In this document: one piece after another, positions 43,503 to 57,592 of the stretch
Position numbering within the stretch: the first letter of the stretch is position 1
Layout: each line of letters begins with the position of its first letter
Assembly: GCA_051362555.1 (NCBI GenBank)
Contig: CM120646.1
Location: 4,278,001-4,342,000 of the forward strand
Reading direction: 5' to 3'
Origin: Lingula anatina
Lineage: Eukaryota > Animalia > Brachiopoda
Length of the DNA stretch: 64,000 bases
The notes under the pieces: model-generated
Told to the model about the DNA's origin: nothing
Seen by the model: only the letters and a program-made list of their open reading frames with translations
The model's database searches: none
Position numbers and translations under genes: made by a program

Positions 43503-44349
43503 GCACGGCGAGACTAACGACCTAAAGATTACGCCACGAACAGGATCCTTAAGGCCTATCCTTTATATTGCACGCACGGTGGTCAAGTTATCTGCATTAT
43601 AAAGGAAAAAACGCAGAAAGAATGAAAAGGAAAATTGCAAAGTAACGCATACCGTTTCGTGTTCAACCGGTCTAAAAGCGACCCCTGTAGTCAAGTTTTA
43701 CAATTGGAGCCACTTTTCGGAATAATGAATATGATTTAAAGTCTGTCAAACCTTGTTTTTTTTATCTTGCTACAACTACTTATAATAATGCACATACATT
43801 TTTTTGCAGTAAAACGGTCCACTGTTTTTTATTTATTTATTTTTTTATTTATTTGTTTTTTTTTTTTTTTTTAGGAACACCACCCCTTTAGTAAATGGCA
43901 GCATTCCTGTCGCCACAACTTCAGCTGAGGAACACCAGATTAACTGGTTCGACCTCCATAATAGTGGCTGCCCAAAGGTGGACAAAACCACGACCGGAAG
44001 CAACAATTTCCACGTCACAGTCTTAAACTACCCCCACCCCCGATGTGATATTGAGTTTGCTAACCACACGGCGAATAATCTTCTCTTTGCAGGAAAACTA
44101 GACATGCCTCCATTTGACGGCAATAAAGTAGTTTGATTCTTCCATGGACAGGTTCTTCCTCTTCTGTCTACCCTCTACCAGGGTGGCAGATTATATAGGG
44201 AAAAACGGAAAAAGCCAAATGACTGTCTATTTATCTAGAGACATATCTGTGAATATCTGCCAAAAATCAATCTGTCGCCCTGGTAGAGGATACACTGTGT
44301 CTATCTGAATGCTCCCTAACATCTGATAGAAATCTGTCATTGGTTTGAA

Positions 44350-44690
44350 CACACCTTATTATGACTAAACTTGTATTTACAGTATTAACCTGCCAGTAAA
44401 CTTTACCTATCGCTTGCCCAAACAAGATGACGACGTGTACATCCTTTATCAGTTCCAAACATAACTTGTATTTAAGTCCTCATACTACATCATACTACCG
44501 GACACACCTTAGAATCATTATGACTAAACTTGAATTCACATTATCAACCTGACAGTGAACTTTATAGGTATCAGTGGAGCCTCGGGCTAACGACCCATAA
44601 ATTATGCATTGCTTGCGCACACAATGTGTACATCCCTTATCACTTGTAAACATAACTTTATTTAAGTCCTCATCCCACCGTATGGGCAAC
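44350..44690 (+). repeat. ~170-bp tandem duplication upstream of carboxylesterase 1 (also 48100-48375)
   Basis: Two copies of ttatgactaaacttg...tgtacatcc(t)ttatca...cataactt..tatttaagtcctcat. Confidence 0.7.
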
Positions 44691-44725
44691 AGATCCTGTT
44701 TTAAACCAGTTGCTGAAAAGCGAAG

Positions 44726-46655
44726 ATGTCTTCCGCGCTTTACCTCCTGGTTTGTTTTTGTTTCATCTATGTTGATTCAAAACAGTTCATAGTTCAAACT
44801 AGTGATGGGAAATTACGGGGATTTACTGCAGAAACCATTCTGGGTCGTGTGATTCAGTTTCTTGGTGTTCCCTACGCCAAGCCACCAGTTGGTCCACTGC
44901 GTTGGAAACTACCCGAACCTCCCGACAACTGGGATGGCGTTAGAAGTGCAGAGGATTTTGGACCAAGCTGTCCGCAAAAATTCACCACGCAGCTTACTCA
45001 TATTTATCCCAAGGAATTTGTACGCGCCCGAATCCAAAATCAGAAGATTAACGAGGACTGCCTTTTCCTGAATATCTATGTTCCCAAGGCGGTACAAGTG
45101 AACAGATACGATCTTCTCCCAGTGTTTGTGTTCAAACATGGCGGGAAATATGAATGGGGATCTGGAACCGAGTACAACGGTACCTTTCTAGCTCTACAAG
45201 GTAACATTATAGTCATCTCATTCAATTATCGTTTGAATATATTTGGGTTCCTTTCAAATGGTGAACCGGAACTTGGGGGAAATTATGGAATGTTTGACAC
45301 TGTTCGGGTGCTTGAATGGGTTCAGACCAACATCCGGGCCTTTGGTGGAGATCCATCACGGGTCACTCTAGGCGGAGAATCGGCTGGCGGCGTAACGGTG
45401 GACATCTTTCTTTCAGTGAATCCAATCATGCGAAATCGACGACTATTTCAGCGGGCAATTGCTTCAGCTGGACCCCATGTGCTTCGGGGACACAAATTTT
45501 TTAAAGTATTGACAGTACAGAACACCATGAATATCGCTTCCTTGTTGAACTGTTCATTTCCAGCGGGACAGCTAATGGTGTCCTGTCTTCGACAAAAAAC
45601 AACCAGGGAGTTGATGTCGGCGTTTTATCAATATAAAGGCGAAAGCGTATTTTTAGGCAATGTCCTTGTGCCTTACGGTGACGGCATTATAATAGATAAA
45701 GAAGTAACAGAGTACCCGGGTCGGTATGTATACGGAATAGAGTATATGTTGGGAACATGTCGGCGTGATAGCGGCCTCTGGTTTGGTGTAGCAGGAAATG
45801 AATCACAACCCAACATAGAGATTGCAAAGGGTTTTACGAAGGGCCTAGTTGAGTTTCTTTACCCCGGTGCTCCTGATTACATGACCGATGTCGCAATATT
45901 CGAGTATACATCGCCCAATATAAAGTCATCTCACGAGGCATGGCTGGAACTGTGGCAAGATTTATTCTTCCTCGCCCCTGCATGGGAGCATGCTCTTCTG
46001 TGGCCAGATAATTCCAGTGTTTACTTTTATGAGTTTGTTCACAAACCCTCATTTTCGGTATACCCTCACTACGTTAATGGTGCCTCTCACATGGAAGAAC
46101 TGCATTTTTTCTTTGGTGACGTTTTGGACTCGTCACTGTTCCCTACCAAGCCAACTGAGAAGGAAGTGGAACTGAGTAAACAAGTAATGACAGCTATAGG
46201 AAATTTTGTGAGAACGGGGTAAGTTAAACATGAAAAATTTTTGATATAAATATTGAGTGAAATTCTTTGAACACGATGTTCGCACTGTGATCAAATGAAA
46301 CGTAGCTTAATTTTCAAGAGCATACAATAACGATACTATTGAAAAAGAAAAAAGAATATAGAAACCATTGTAATTTAATAAGTTTATGGGCAACCACCGC
46401 TTGCTAAAATCACTAATTGTCATCACGCTGTGTATTAGAAAAATTTTTGATCTTAGTGTATATCATCTTAAATTCAGGAACCCCAACGTCCTATCCCGTT
46501 CAGTAACGTCCTGCATGCCACACTGGCCGAGAATTGATGACGTCAGGGGGCAGTACTTGGAATGGACTGTGGAAATGACGTCCGCAAACGTAAAACGGGA
46601 CCTGAAACCGAGGAAAATGGAGTTTTGGAATGCCCTTTTTCCAAAATCCCTCTGA
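44726..46655 (+). CDS. Secreted type-B carboxylesterase/lipase, copy 1 (556 aa)
   Basis: Signal peptide; FLGVPYAKPPVG, EDCLFLN, GESAG, GASH..E motifs. Exons 44726-46218 and 46478-46655 (G|NPN...W...LFPKSL*). Confidence 0.93.
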
Positions 46656-47519
46656 GAGTAAGCACGGAACGCACAGTGCATAAAGCTTTGCCAATAGTTC
46701 ATAATCGCAAGAAGCGCTTTTGAACAATTAGATTGAATTTAATTAAGTCCACCGTACGACAAGGCAACCGAGGGGCTTCCATGCATTCTCTCAACCAGAG
46801 AGATATCTGTAAATATCCATTAAAAAACCAAATCTGTGGCCCTGGTAGAGAGGAACATTGTGCTTGGTGTGCTTGGGTGAGAGTAAGACTTTTTCCATTC
46901 ATGACATCATATATTGTGCTCAGACAACGCAGCACTTCATGCTGCATGAAATTTCAGGATGATACAATGAAAAATCTGTATTTATAGAAATTGCGACCTT
47001 AGGTCAAGTAACATACCATTGCCTAATAAGAGAATGATTATATTTTGGTAATGACGTAATGATGGAAAGTTATGGAAAAAGGGATAATCATAGACATTGT
47101 GTAAGAGCTGAGGAATTATTACATTACCAAATAAGGTAATGCAGGAGAAAGACTTTGTGATACATCATCACATTGGAATGATATATAACGATATATTATT
47201 AGCAGTAGACTAAATTGCATGCAAATTAATGTAGTGGAACTAAATTCTGTCCTTTATTTTATTATCTCTTCACAATAAAATCTTTGAAGTGCTAAAAAAA
47301 AAACGAAATATTTTCAAACAGTATACATGTGCTCTATGTGAATCACAATGTCAAGGGTTAGAGGTCGTTAGCTTTGTGGAAGCTAAATGTTTTGAGCACG
47401 GGCCATGCAAATGTCGAAAAATTTACATTCCCATTGGTGCTATAAACACGTAGAATTATAAAACTACTCCAACTCAATTTAGACAAAATTTCCACTCCTC
47501 TTTACCAGGGCCGCAGATT

Positions 47520-47630
47520 AATACTAATACACCTATTTTGCTAAATCAAACCTAATACCCTTACTTTCCTATCTCAAACCTAATACACCTATTTTACTAT
47601 ATCTTACCTAATAAACCTAAATTTTCCAAA
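47520..47630. repeat. ~24-bp minisatellite (aaacctaatacacctatttt); related array at 54045-54235
   Basis: Direct reading of repeated acctaata(c/a)acc units. Confidence 0.75.
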
Positions 47631-48429
47631 TGTTTTTTATCTTGCTATTGCTAATAATAATAAAGCAAATGCAGGTTTCGTGGTAAAACGGTCCACTTTT
47701 TTATGGAGGAAGACCACCACTTTAGCAAATGGTGAAAAAAAAACACACAATCGAAAGCAACAATTTCCACGTCACAATCTTTAACTCCCCCCCCCCCCCC
47801 CCCCCCCCCCCCCCCATGGGACATTGAGTTTGCTAACCACACAGCGAATAATCCTCTCTTTGCAGGAAAACAAGACATGCCTCCAGTGATGGCAATAAAG
47901 TGAACAGGTTCCTCTGTTGTACCAAATAAGTTCTGTTGGGAGTACACCTTGTTCCAGGCCACTAACAAGAAGTCTGATCCCCTGATTGCTCTTAGCGAGA
48001 GCCCCCTCAGAATTGGGACCTAACTAGTACACTGTGTCTATCTGAATGCTCCCTAATATCTGATCAAAATATTTCATTGGTTTGAACACACTTTAGTCCT
48101 TATTATGACCAAATTTTTATTTGACGATGTGTACAGCCTTTATCACTTACGCACATGACTTGTATTTAAGTCTTCATACTACCAGTATACTATACGACGC
48201 ACATTAGCCTCATTATGACTAAACTTGAATTCACAGTATTTACCTGGCAGTAAACTATATATAGATATCAGTGAAGCCTCGCGAACGACCCATATATAAC
48301 GTTCCGCTTGAACTGCGCAAACGTGTACATCGTTTATCACTAACATAACTTTATATAAGTCCTCATACTACCGTATGTGCAACAGATCCTGTTTTAAACC
48401 AGTTACTTTAAGCAGCCGAAGAGCGAAAG

Positions 48430-50365
48430 ATGTCTTCCGCGCTTTACCTCCTGGTCTGTTTTTGTTTCATCTATGTTGATTCGAAACAGTTCATAGTTCA
48501 AACTAATAACGGGAAATTGCGGGGATTTGCTGCAGAAACCGTTCTGGGTCGTGCAATTCAGTTTCTTGGTGTCCCCTACGCCAAGCCACCAGTTGGCCCA
48601 CTACGTTGGAAACAACCCGAACCTCCCGACAACTGGGATGGCGTAAGAAGTGCAGAATATTTCGGACCAAGCTGTCCACAAAAATTCACCACGCAGCTTA
48701 CTCATATTTATCCCAAGGAATTTGTACGCGCCCGAATCCAAAATCAGAAGATTAACGAGGACTGCCTTTTCCTGAATATCTATGTTCCTACCATGGTGGT
48801 ACCGAACAGATATGATCCTCTCCCAGTGTTTGTATTCAAACATGGCGGGAACTATGAATGGGGATCTGGGACCGAGTACAACGGTACCTTCTTAGCTTTA
48901 CAAGGTAACATTATAGTAATCTCATTTAACTATCGTTTGAATATATTTGGGTTCCTTTCAAATGGTGAACCAGAACTTGGGGGAAACTACGGAATGTTTG
49001 ACACTGTGCGGGTGCTCGAATGGGTTCAGACCAACATCCGGGCTTTTGGTGGAGATCCATCACGGGTCACTCTAGGCGGAGAATCTGCAGGCGGTTTAAC
49101 AGTGGACATCTTCCTCACATTAAGTCCAATAATGCGAAATCGACGACTGTTTCGGCGGGGAATTGCTTCAGCTGGACCCCATTTACTTCGCGGACACAAA
49201 ATTTTAAAAGAAATAACAGTAAAGAACACCATGGGAATCGTTTCCTTGTTGAACTGTTCACATCCATCGAGACAGCAAATGGTGTCCTGTCTTCGACAAA
49301 AAACAACCAGGGAGCTGATGTCGGAGTTTTATCAATACAAAGGTGATAGCATTTTTTCAGCCAATGTCCTATTGCCGTACGGCGACGGCATTATCCTAGA
49401 TGAAGAAATAACAGGCTACCCAGGTTGGGATGTAGACGGAATAGACTATATGTTGGGAACATGTCGACGTGATAGCAGCACCTGGTTTGGTGTAGCAGGA
49501 AATGAATCAGAACCCAACATTGAGATTGCAAAGGGTTTTACGAAGGGCCTAGTGGAGTGTCTTTACCCTGGTGCTCCTGATTTTATGACCGATGTCGCAG
49601 TATTCGAGTACACATCACCCGATATGAAGTCATCCCACGACGCATGGCTGGAACTGTGGCAAGATTTATTCTTCCTCGCCCCTGCATGGGAGCATGCTCT
49701 TTTGTGGCCAGATAATTCCAGTGTTTACTTTTATGAGTTTGTTCACAAACCGTCATTTTCCATATACCCTCACTACGTTAATGGTGCCTCTCATATGGAA
49801 GAACTGCACTTTTTCTTTGGTGACGTTTTGGACTCGTCACTGTTCCCTACCAAGCCAACTGAGGAGGAAGTGGAACTGAGTAAACAAGTCATGACAGCCA
49901 TAGGAAATTTCGTCAGATCGGGGTAAGTTTGACATGATACCCAGAGCTCAAAAGTTTTCAATATAAATATTGAGTAAAATTGTTTGAACGCACTGTGATT
50001 ATATGAAACGTAGCTTAATTTTCAAGAGCATACAATAACAATACTTTTGAAAAAAAAAAAAAAGAATATAGAAACAATTGTGATTTTATTAGTACATGAG
50101 CAACTGCTGCTTGTTTATATTGCTAATTTTAATCACGCTGTGTATTAGAAAATATTTTGATCTTAGTGTATATCATCATAAATACAGGAACCCCAACGCC
50201 CAATCCTGTTCAGTGTGGTCAGGTAAGCCACACTGGCCTAGAATTGATGACGTCAGGAGGCAGTACTTGGAATGGACGGTGGAAATGACGTCAGCAAACG
50301 TAAAACGGGACCTGAAACCGAGGAAAATGGAGTTTTGGAATGCCCTTTTTCCAAAATCCCTCTGA
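48430..50365 (+). CDS. Type-B carboxylesterase, copy 2 (556 aa)
   Basis: Exons 48430-49922 and 50188-50365; same motifs. Confidence 0.93.
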
Positions 50366-52199
50366 GAGTAAGCACGGAACGCACAGTGCATAAAGCTTTG
50401 CCAATAGTTTATGTTCGTCAGAAACGCTTTTAAACAATTAGATTGAATTTTATTAAGTCCACCGTACGGCAAGGCGACCGAGGGGCTTACATGCATTCTC
50501 CCCCGACCAAGTAGCCTATTTGCAACCACGGAGGCCACCTACTCCCCGCATCTTCATCTCTCCACTCTAAAACGATTCTAGTAACCTAGGACTTAATATT
50601 GAGTCCTACTAGTGACAATAGTCATTGGAATCGATTTTGAAAGATTAAATCAAATTCAACTAAACCCACCGTGCAGCATGACTGGACACCCAAGAACCTT
50701 TCTCACCAAGACAACCAGTGTCCACGGCAGACAGAATCGTCTTTTTCAGAACACAAGACACCGATTGCCGGAATCGCGATTTTTTTTTTTTTTTTTATGA
50801 AAAATGACACTGGAAACTAGACATTTTAGCACCCCAACAAGGGAAGCCTGTGCAGCAGAATACAGTATGCGTTAATGTACATGAAATATACATGTTTTTC
50901 GCTTGTACTTTTTGTATTGGTTATTGTATTTCTGGAAGGGTAAAAGTTTCCCACCGCAAAGAGAAAATACTCTGTTGACTGTTTCAAAGCATAACTGAAT
51001 ATGAATTGTGCATTACTTTTAAAAGTTTAAATAAACTCGATTGTGGTAAGAGTATTGTGTATCGCGTACTGTATGTGTTTGATGGTTTGGGAGGGGCAGA
51101 GTTCTGGTCTTATTGTGCTTTACTCTGTAAAAAGGGCCAGCGTAGTTACGACAAAACCATAAAATTCTTCTTGGATACAATCACAGAAGCGTATAGAATT
51201 AACCAGAAAAATATATCTGTGAACATCCATTGAAAACCAAATCTGTGGCCCTAGAAGAGTGCAATTGTGCCTGGTGTGCTTGGGTGAGAGTAAGACTTTT
51301 TCCATTCATGACGTTATATATTGTGCTCAGACAACGCAGCACTTCATGCTGCATGAAATTTTAGTTGTTTCTCCTGCTGTCGTCCATTCTGATCAAATAA
51401 CGTTAAGGACCCATTTTTGTTTTATTTATAATATTTGATTTCGCTTCACTTCTTAGTTTTCTTCTTTTCGTTTTGTGGTTTTCTTTGAACTCGAGTGATA
51501 TTTATTGTAAATTCATAGTTGTTTTCAATGCCACGTTGGCCTATGACAACAAAGAGTAAATGAAATTTTATGCTAAAGATATATTTAATTTATACCGATA
51601 ATCCTTAGGTACACTGACGTCCAAAAAAATCAGTACAATAGTATTGCTTTGGACTTTATTTTATTTTCTCTTCATAAAAAAAAAAAAAAAATCTTTGAAG
51701 TGTTTAAAGAAAAAATGCAATATTTTTCAACAGAAGTATACATGTGCTCTATGTGAATCACAATGCCAAGGGTTAGAGGTCGTTAGCTTTGTGGTAGCTA
51801 AATGTTTTGGGCACGGGGTGTGCGACTGTCGAAAAATTTACGTTCCCATTGGTCCTATAAACACGTAGAGTTATGAAACTACTTCAACTCAATTTAAACA
51901 AAATCTCCGCTACCCTATACCAAGGCCGCAGATTATCAACGTGCACCTTTTCTTCAGCAGAGAATTATGTCATTAATTAATTGAAACCTAGTGAAAAATC
52001 CATCTGTGACTCCCACTCGCCCAAGGCGAAAACTCAGCCCAAACCAAGCCGCTGAAATGCTGCAGAGAAGATGGTGGTTATGATGCTTTATGTCGATGAG
52101 AAGATGTGTTGGCATTCTGCCAAATATCGACATTGAGGAGGTCAAGAATGAGAGACAGAGAGGGTGATTTTGTTGGAATGATTCATATTTATATCATCA

Positions 52200-52440
52200 A
52201 TACATTGATTCTGGTCAAAACTTTGAAACTCGACACATTTTGATTTAAATATCTCCCTGCTATGTAAAATTTTAATAAAACACTGAATATTGACAAAAAG
52301 TCAGCCGTAGAAAGAAAAAAATCCATTGAATAAAATATCAACTGAACAATCTTTCAGAAGGCAGGTGGCAGACAGCAAATGGTGGCGTGCACGTGATTAC
52401 CATGTTCACCTGGAATGCGTCTGTGATGCAGGTCAGGGGC
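52200..52440. repeat. Dispersed repeat family (related copies ~58245-58600 and ~63570-63900)
   Basis: Shared ttgattctg.tcaaa..tttgaaactcgacacat and aaggc..gtgg.agacag...tggaa.gcgt.tg.gatgcaggt. Confidence 0.6.
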
Positions 52441-54283
52441 AGATTGATGCCGCCTTCTGGGACTTCCGGAAGACGGTCAGATTTTCAAGGTTACATTGGC
52501 GGGTATATAATTTTTGCTGTCGGAAGACTGACAAAAGTGGAGGATGGATCAACAAAGATAATTTGGAAGACTAAGAAGATGTCTCTGGATCCGCCCCTGA
52601 GGTGGGAATGAGTTGAGGGAATTAAGGTATAATTTGAAAGGGGCAATTGTATTACAAGCAGAACTAAAACCAGTGAATAAAAACGTGCATAGCAGTTTTT
52701 CTCGTCCAAATGTTTTGAGGTATTATGCAAACATATTTTAACAGTATTTAAACAGCTAAAGATTTTATCTGCTGAGCATGGTGTTCAAATCGGCTGTTTA
52801 ACATTGAGTTGTCTAATTCCATGGAAATATTTTTTTGTCCGTCGTAAAAAGTAGTTGACGATTTTTAACATTCACTTAATATTCAAAGATGTGCCTCAGG
52901 AGAATTCTGCGCACCTTTCATTTGTGACAGGGGTGTTGTTATGTATGAAATTAATGCCATTGCTCAGCTGACCTTTAGTATATGGTAGTCACTTGGAGGC
53001 ATAGTGGCAGTAGTAATGACTGGATATTTTCCTGATAAACATTCACAAAGACGGGATCATACCCTGGCAGAATTTGACGAAGCTATTGCCTCATGATGCC
53101 GACTGGCATTTGGGGTAGGCAGTCGGCACAGGCATATTGTTGGCTTCGTGGCTTGGGCTAGGTGGACCTTTCTCCAAACTGTTCAGTTTCACCGCTTAGT
53201 TGCTCTTGGTCATATCAGGGTTATTGGCCTGGATTGGCATTGGATAAATTCTTCCATTCTAACATGTATTTTGGATCTTTATTTTCCTCAAATATGTCAT
53301 TGTTCTGTATTTCTGTCATATTTTAAACTAATTTATGATATGAGTGAAATTTACAGAATATAACACCATGCAGAACATGGGCTAAAGAGTGCAAATCCGG
53401 TGGGTTTGTTTACGATCTCAGCACTATTTTGTTTCTCGCATGAAAACTGTAAACTATTCCAAAGCCGAGAACATATCTCCAGAAAGCTGATGAAAATGCG
53501 CCAAATTCGTGAAATTGCATGGCAAAATAATATATATTAAAAAATAGGCTAAAAGATATGTGCCTAGGTCCGTTAACGATTCCACCCGGTATAAATAGCA
53601 GAGAGGAGAGAATCTGTAAGAGAGGAAAATTGTAAGTATCACATAAGGCTAGAGAAAGATTACCAGTTAATTTCTCTTTGCCCTCCTCATCATTGCTTAT
53701 GAGGATAATAATTAATAATTAAATGAAACCAGAAATTCTGCTGGTAGGCACAGACGACTTTAAATTGGTTCATCCAATTTTTCCATAATTTGAAGAAACA
53801 GACAACAGGGGACATTTATATTAGACACCCGTAAGGACAGCGGTTTAATTCATGATCCAAACACCACTTTTAGCATTCACAGTTATGACTGTTTAATTTT
53901 TGTACCAGTGGTAATGGTGAAGAAATCCATCCAATATATATTTATAACAACATGTGTATATAAGACAACAGTCAGATGCAACCATAACCCTACAGAAGTG
54001 GGAAAAACTTTTGATAAATCAAACGTCATTAACCCTGTTTCTAAACCAAACCCAATAAACCCTAGGTTGTTAAAATAAACCTAATATACCGTCTTTGCTA
54101 AATAAAACCCTTATACACCTATTTTCCTATATCAAACCTAATACCATTATTTTCCTATATCAAACCTAATACACCCATTTTGCTATATCACACCTAATAA
54201 ACCTAAATTTTCCAAACTGAAACTAATAAACCCGCCATTACTACATTGTACAACCATATAAATTGTACGTTCTTCGATTGCTC

Positions 54284-56279
54284 TCAGAGGGATTTCGGAA
54301 AGAGGACATTCCAAAATTCCATTTTTCTCGGTTTCATGTCTTGCTTTACGTTTGCTGACGTCATTTCCACCGTCCATTCCAAGTACTGCCTCCTGACGTC
54401 ATCAATTCTTGGCCAGTGTGGCGTACCTGACGACATTGAAGGGGTTGGGGGGTTGGGATTCCTAAAATTAGATAATTAACGATAAAATGAAAAAAAAATC
54501 TTCTAATTAACATGCAATATACGTGACTTAAACTACACATTTAAAGTTAGCAGCAAATCATTGATCAGATACAAACACGATTTTCAATCTTATATTTTCT
54601 TTTCATTACCATTGTATATTCACTCTTAAATTTTTCGTATACTAATATTTTCTTAGGCAAACTCATTGTACGCTCTTAGGTATAACATGTACCTTATTTT
54701 ATCAGGGGGTGAACATATTGTTAAAAATATTGCATTCAATAGTCACATCAATAACTTTTGGGCTCTGGGTGACATATTAAACTTACCCCGATCTGACGAA
54801 ATTCCCTATGGCTGTCATGACTTGTTTACTCAGTTCCACTTCCTCCTCAGTTGGTTTGGTAGGGAACAGTGACGAGTCCAAAACGTCACCAAAGAAAAAA
54901 TGGAGCTCTTCCTGGTGAGAGGCACCATTGACGTAGTGAGGGTATATCGAAAATGAGGGTTTGTGAACAAACTCATAAAAGTAAACACTGGAATTATCTG
55001 GCCACAGAAGAGCATGCTCCCATGCAGGGGCGAGGAAGAATAAATCTTGCCATAGTTCCAACCATGACTCGTGGGATGACTCCATATCAGGCGATGTATA
55101 CTCGAATACTGCGACATCGGTCATATAATCAGGAACGCCAGGGTAAAGAAACTCGACCAGACCCTGCGCAAATCCCTTTGCAATCGCGATGTTGGGTTCT
55201 GATCCATTTCCTGCTACACCAAACCAGAAACCGCTATCACGTCGACATGTTCCCAACATATACTCTATTCCGTATACATACCGACCCGGGTACTCTGTTA
55301 CTTCTTTATCTATAATAATGCCGTCACCGTAAGGCACAAGGATATTGCTTGAAAATACGCTTTCGCCTTTATATTGATAAAACGCCGACATCAGCTCCCT
55401 GGTTGTTTTCTGTCGAAGACAGGACACCATTTGCTGTCCGGTAGGAAATGAACAGTTCAACAAGGAAGCGATATTCATGGTGTTCTGTACTGTCAATCCT
55501 TTCAGGATTTTGTGTCCTCGAAGTAAATGGGGTCCAGCCGATGCAATTCCTCTCCGAAACAGTCGTCGATTTCGCATTATTGGACTCACTGAGAGAAAGA
55601 TGTCCACTGTTACGCCACCGGCCGATTCTCCGCCTAGAGTGACCCGTGATGGATCTCCACCGAAAGCCCGGATGTTGGTCTGAATCCATTCAAGCACTCG
55701 AACAGTGTCAAACATTCCGTAATTCCCCCCAAGTTCCGCTTCACCATTTGAAAGGAACCCAAATATGTTCAAACGATAATTAAATGAGATGACAATAATG
55801 TTACCTTGTAAAGCTAAGAAGGTACCGTTGAACTCAGTCCCAGATCCCCATTCATATTTTCCGCCATGTTTGAAAACAAACACAGGAAGAGGATCATATC
55901 TGTTCACTTCTACCGTCTTGGGAACATAAATATTTAGGAAAAGACAGTCCTCGCTAATCTTCTGATTTTGGATTCGGGCACGTACAAATTCCTTGGGATA
56001 AATATGAGTAAGCTGCGTGGTGAATTTTTGTGGGCAGCTTGGTCCAAAATCCTTTGCACTTCTTACGCCATTCCAGTTATCGGGAGGTTCGGGTAGTTGC
56101 CAACGCAGTGGGCCAACTGGTGGCTTGGCGTAGGGAACACCGAGAAACTGAATTACACGACCAAGAACGGTTTCTGCAGCAAATCCCCGTAATTTTCCAT
56201 TACTAGTTTGAACTATGAACTGTTTTGAATCAACGTAAATGAAACAAAAACAGACTAGGAGATAAAGCGCGGAAGACAT
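54284..56279 (-). CDS. Type-B carboxylesterase, copy 3 (556 aa)
   Basis: Exons 56279-54787 and 54461-54284; same motifs and exon lengths. Confidence 0.93.
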
Positions 56280-57544
56280 CTTTTACTCTCTGTTACTTCA
56301 TGTAAACTGCATGTTTTAAAACAAGCTTTATAGAACAGCCTTCGAGAACTTGGTTTTCTTCCCATCTATTATGCAGCAAATATTCACATACCTTGGTAAC
56401 CTTGACAGACAGTTTTTAATGAAAAATACAAGGATTGACTTTTGTGTCAAGTACGTAAATAAATGTCAATATTTAATGGTAAAAGAGACGAATGGAGATG
56501 TAAGAAGACTTTATGAACAAAGCGTCATATTTTCTTTCAATATTCATGTTTGCCTGCTTCTGTTAGAAAGATGCTAGGGAAAGCCAATGAAATATTGGAG
56601 CTATACTACCTAAACAATATTAGCTGGTGATTGCAGAAAAATAATTGTTTTAATCTTTGCGACTATAACACAGCTGATATATATAACTGATATATATTAT
56701 ATAAATATTATCATTATTATTATTTTATTTATTTTTTTTTTTAGACAGATTTTGTCAAGCGGTATGTACGAGAAATATCATATCCTTCAAGAGGAGAAAA
56801 ACTGTAAACGACAGAAGGCTTATAGAGAAAGAGTACCACATTATTTCTCTTTGTCCTACTTTTAATTGCTTATAATAATAATTAAACAAAAAAGGAATTG
56901 TGCTGGTAGAAGCAGTCGACTTTAAATTGGTTCATCCCAAACTTGAAGGAAAATGGATATCAGAGGACGTATATTAGACACCCACAAGCACTGCAGTTTT
57001 AGACTACCTTCACATGAAAAATCTATTTTCTAAAAATCTATTTTCTGTTCGCGGTATCTGACGTGGGGATTATTCTACACTATCTAGAGCGACGGGAGCA
57101 GAGAAAGTGGGATAAAGAAATTATATAATGTTTATCATAGGCTGGATAGTCTTTTGATCTCCATGTTTGTAAATTGTTATCCAGTGGTTAAAGATAGCTG
57201 TTATCCTTAGGATATCTGGGTAGAGGATAACATTTTCATACAAAGAAAAGTGTCATCCAGTGTTATTGGAACTATCCCCATAAGTCCAAGTGAAGATTTT
57301 ATGAAAAGCCTTTAGAACGCCCTGGTGATGTCTAGTTTGGTGTTTTACATCAATACGTTCTCCAGACATCTTTTAAGACGCAAACATTTTAGTAAAACAT
57401 CAGAGACGTTATTCGAACGTCCCCCATTCTAGAAGATTTTGTGACCAAGAACAGGGTTTGACTTGTTGTAGACCCAACCCAGATACCTTCACCCCACAAA
57501 ATACTACACAGTCAGGCCTCTGTCACGTCATGTAACCCCCCCCC

Positions 57545-57592
<48 letters not shown>

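Noticed and set aside
57538-57590. Long poly(A) tract as a retrocopy tail
   Set aside because: No recognisable upstream retroelement or TSD; long homopolymers are frequent in this assembly.
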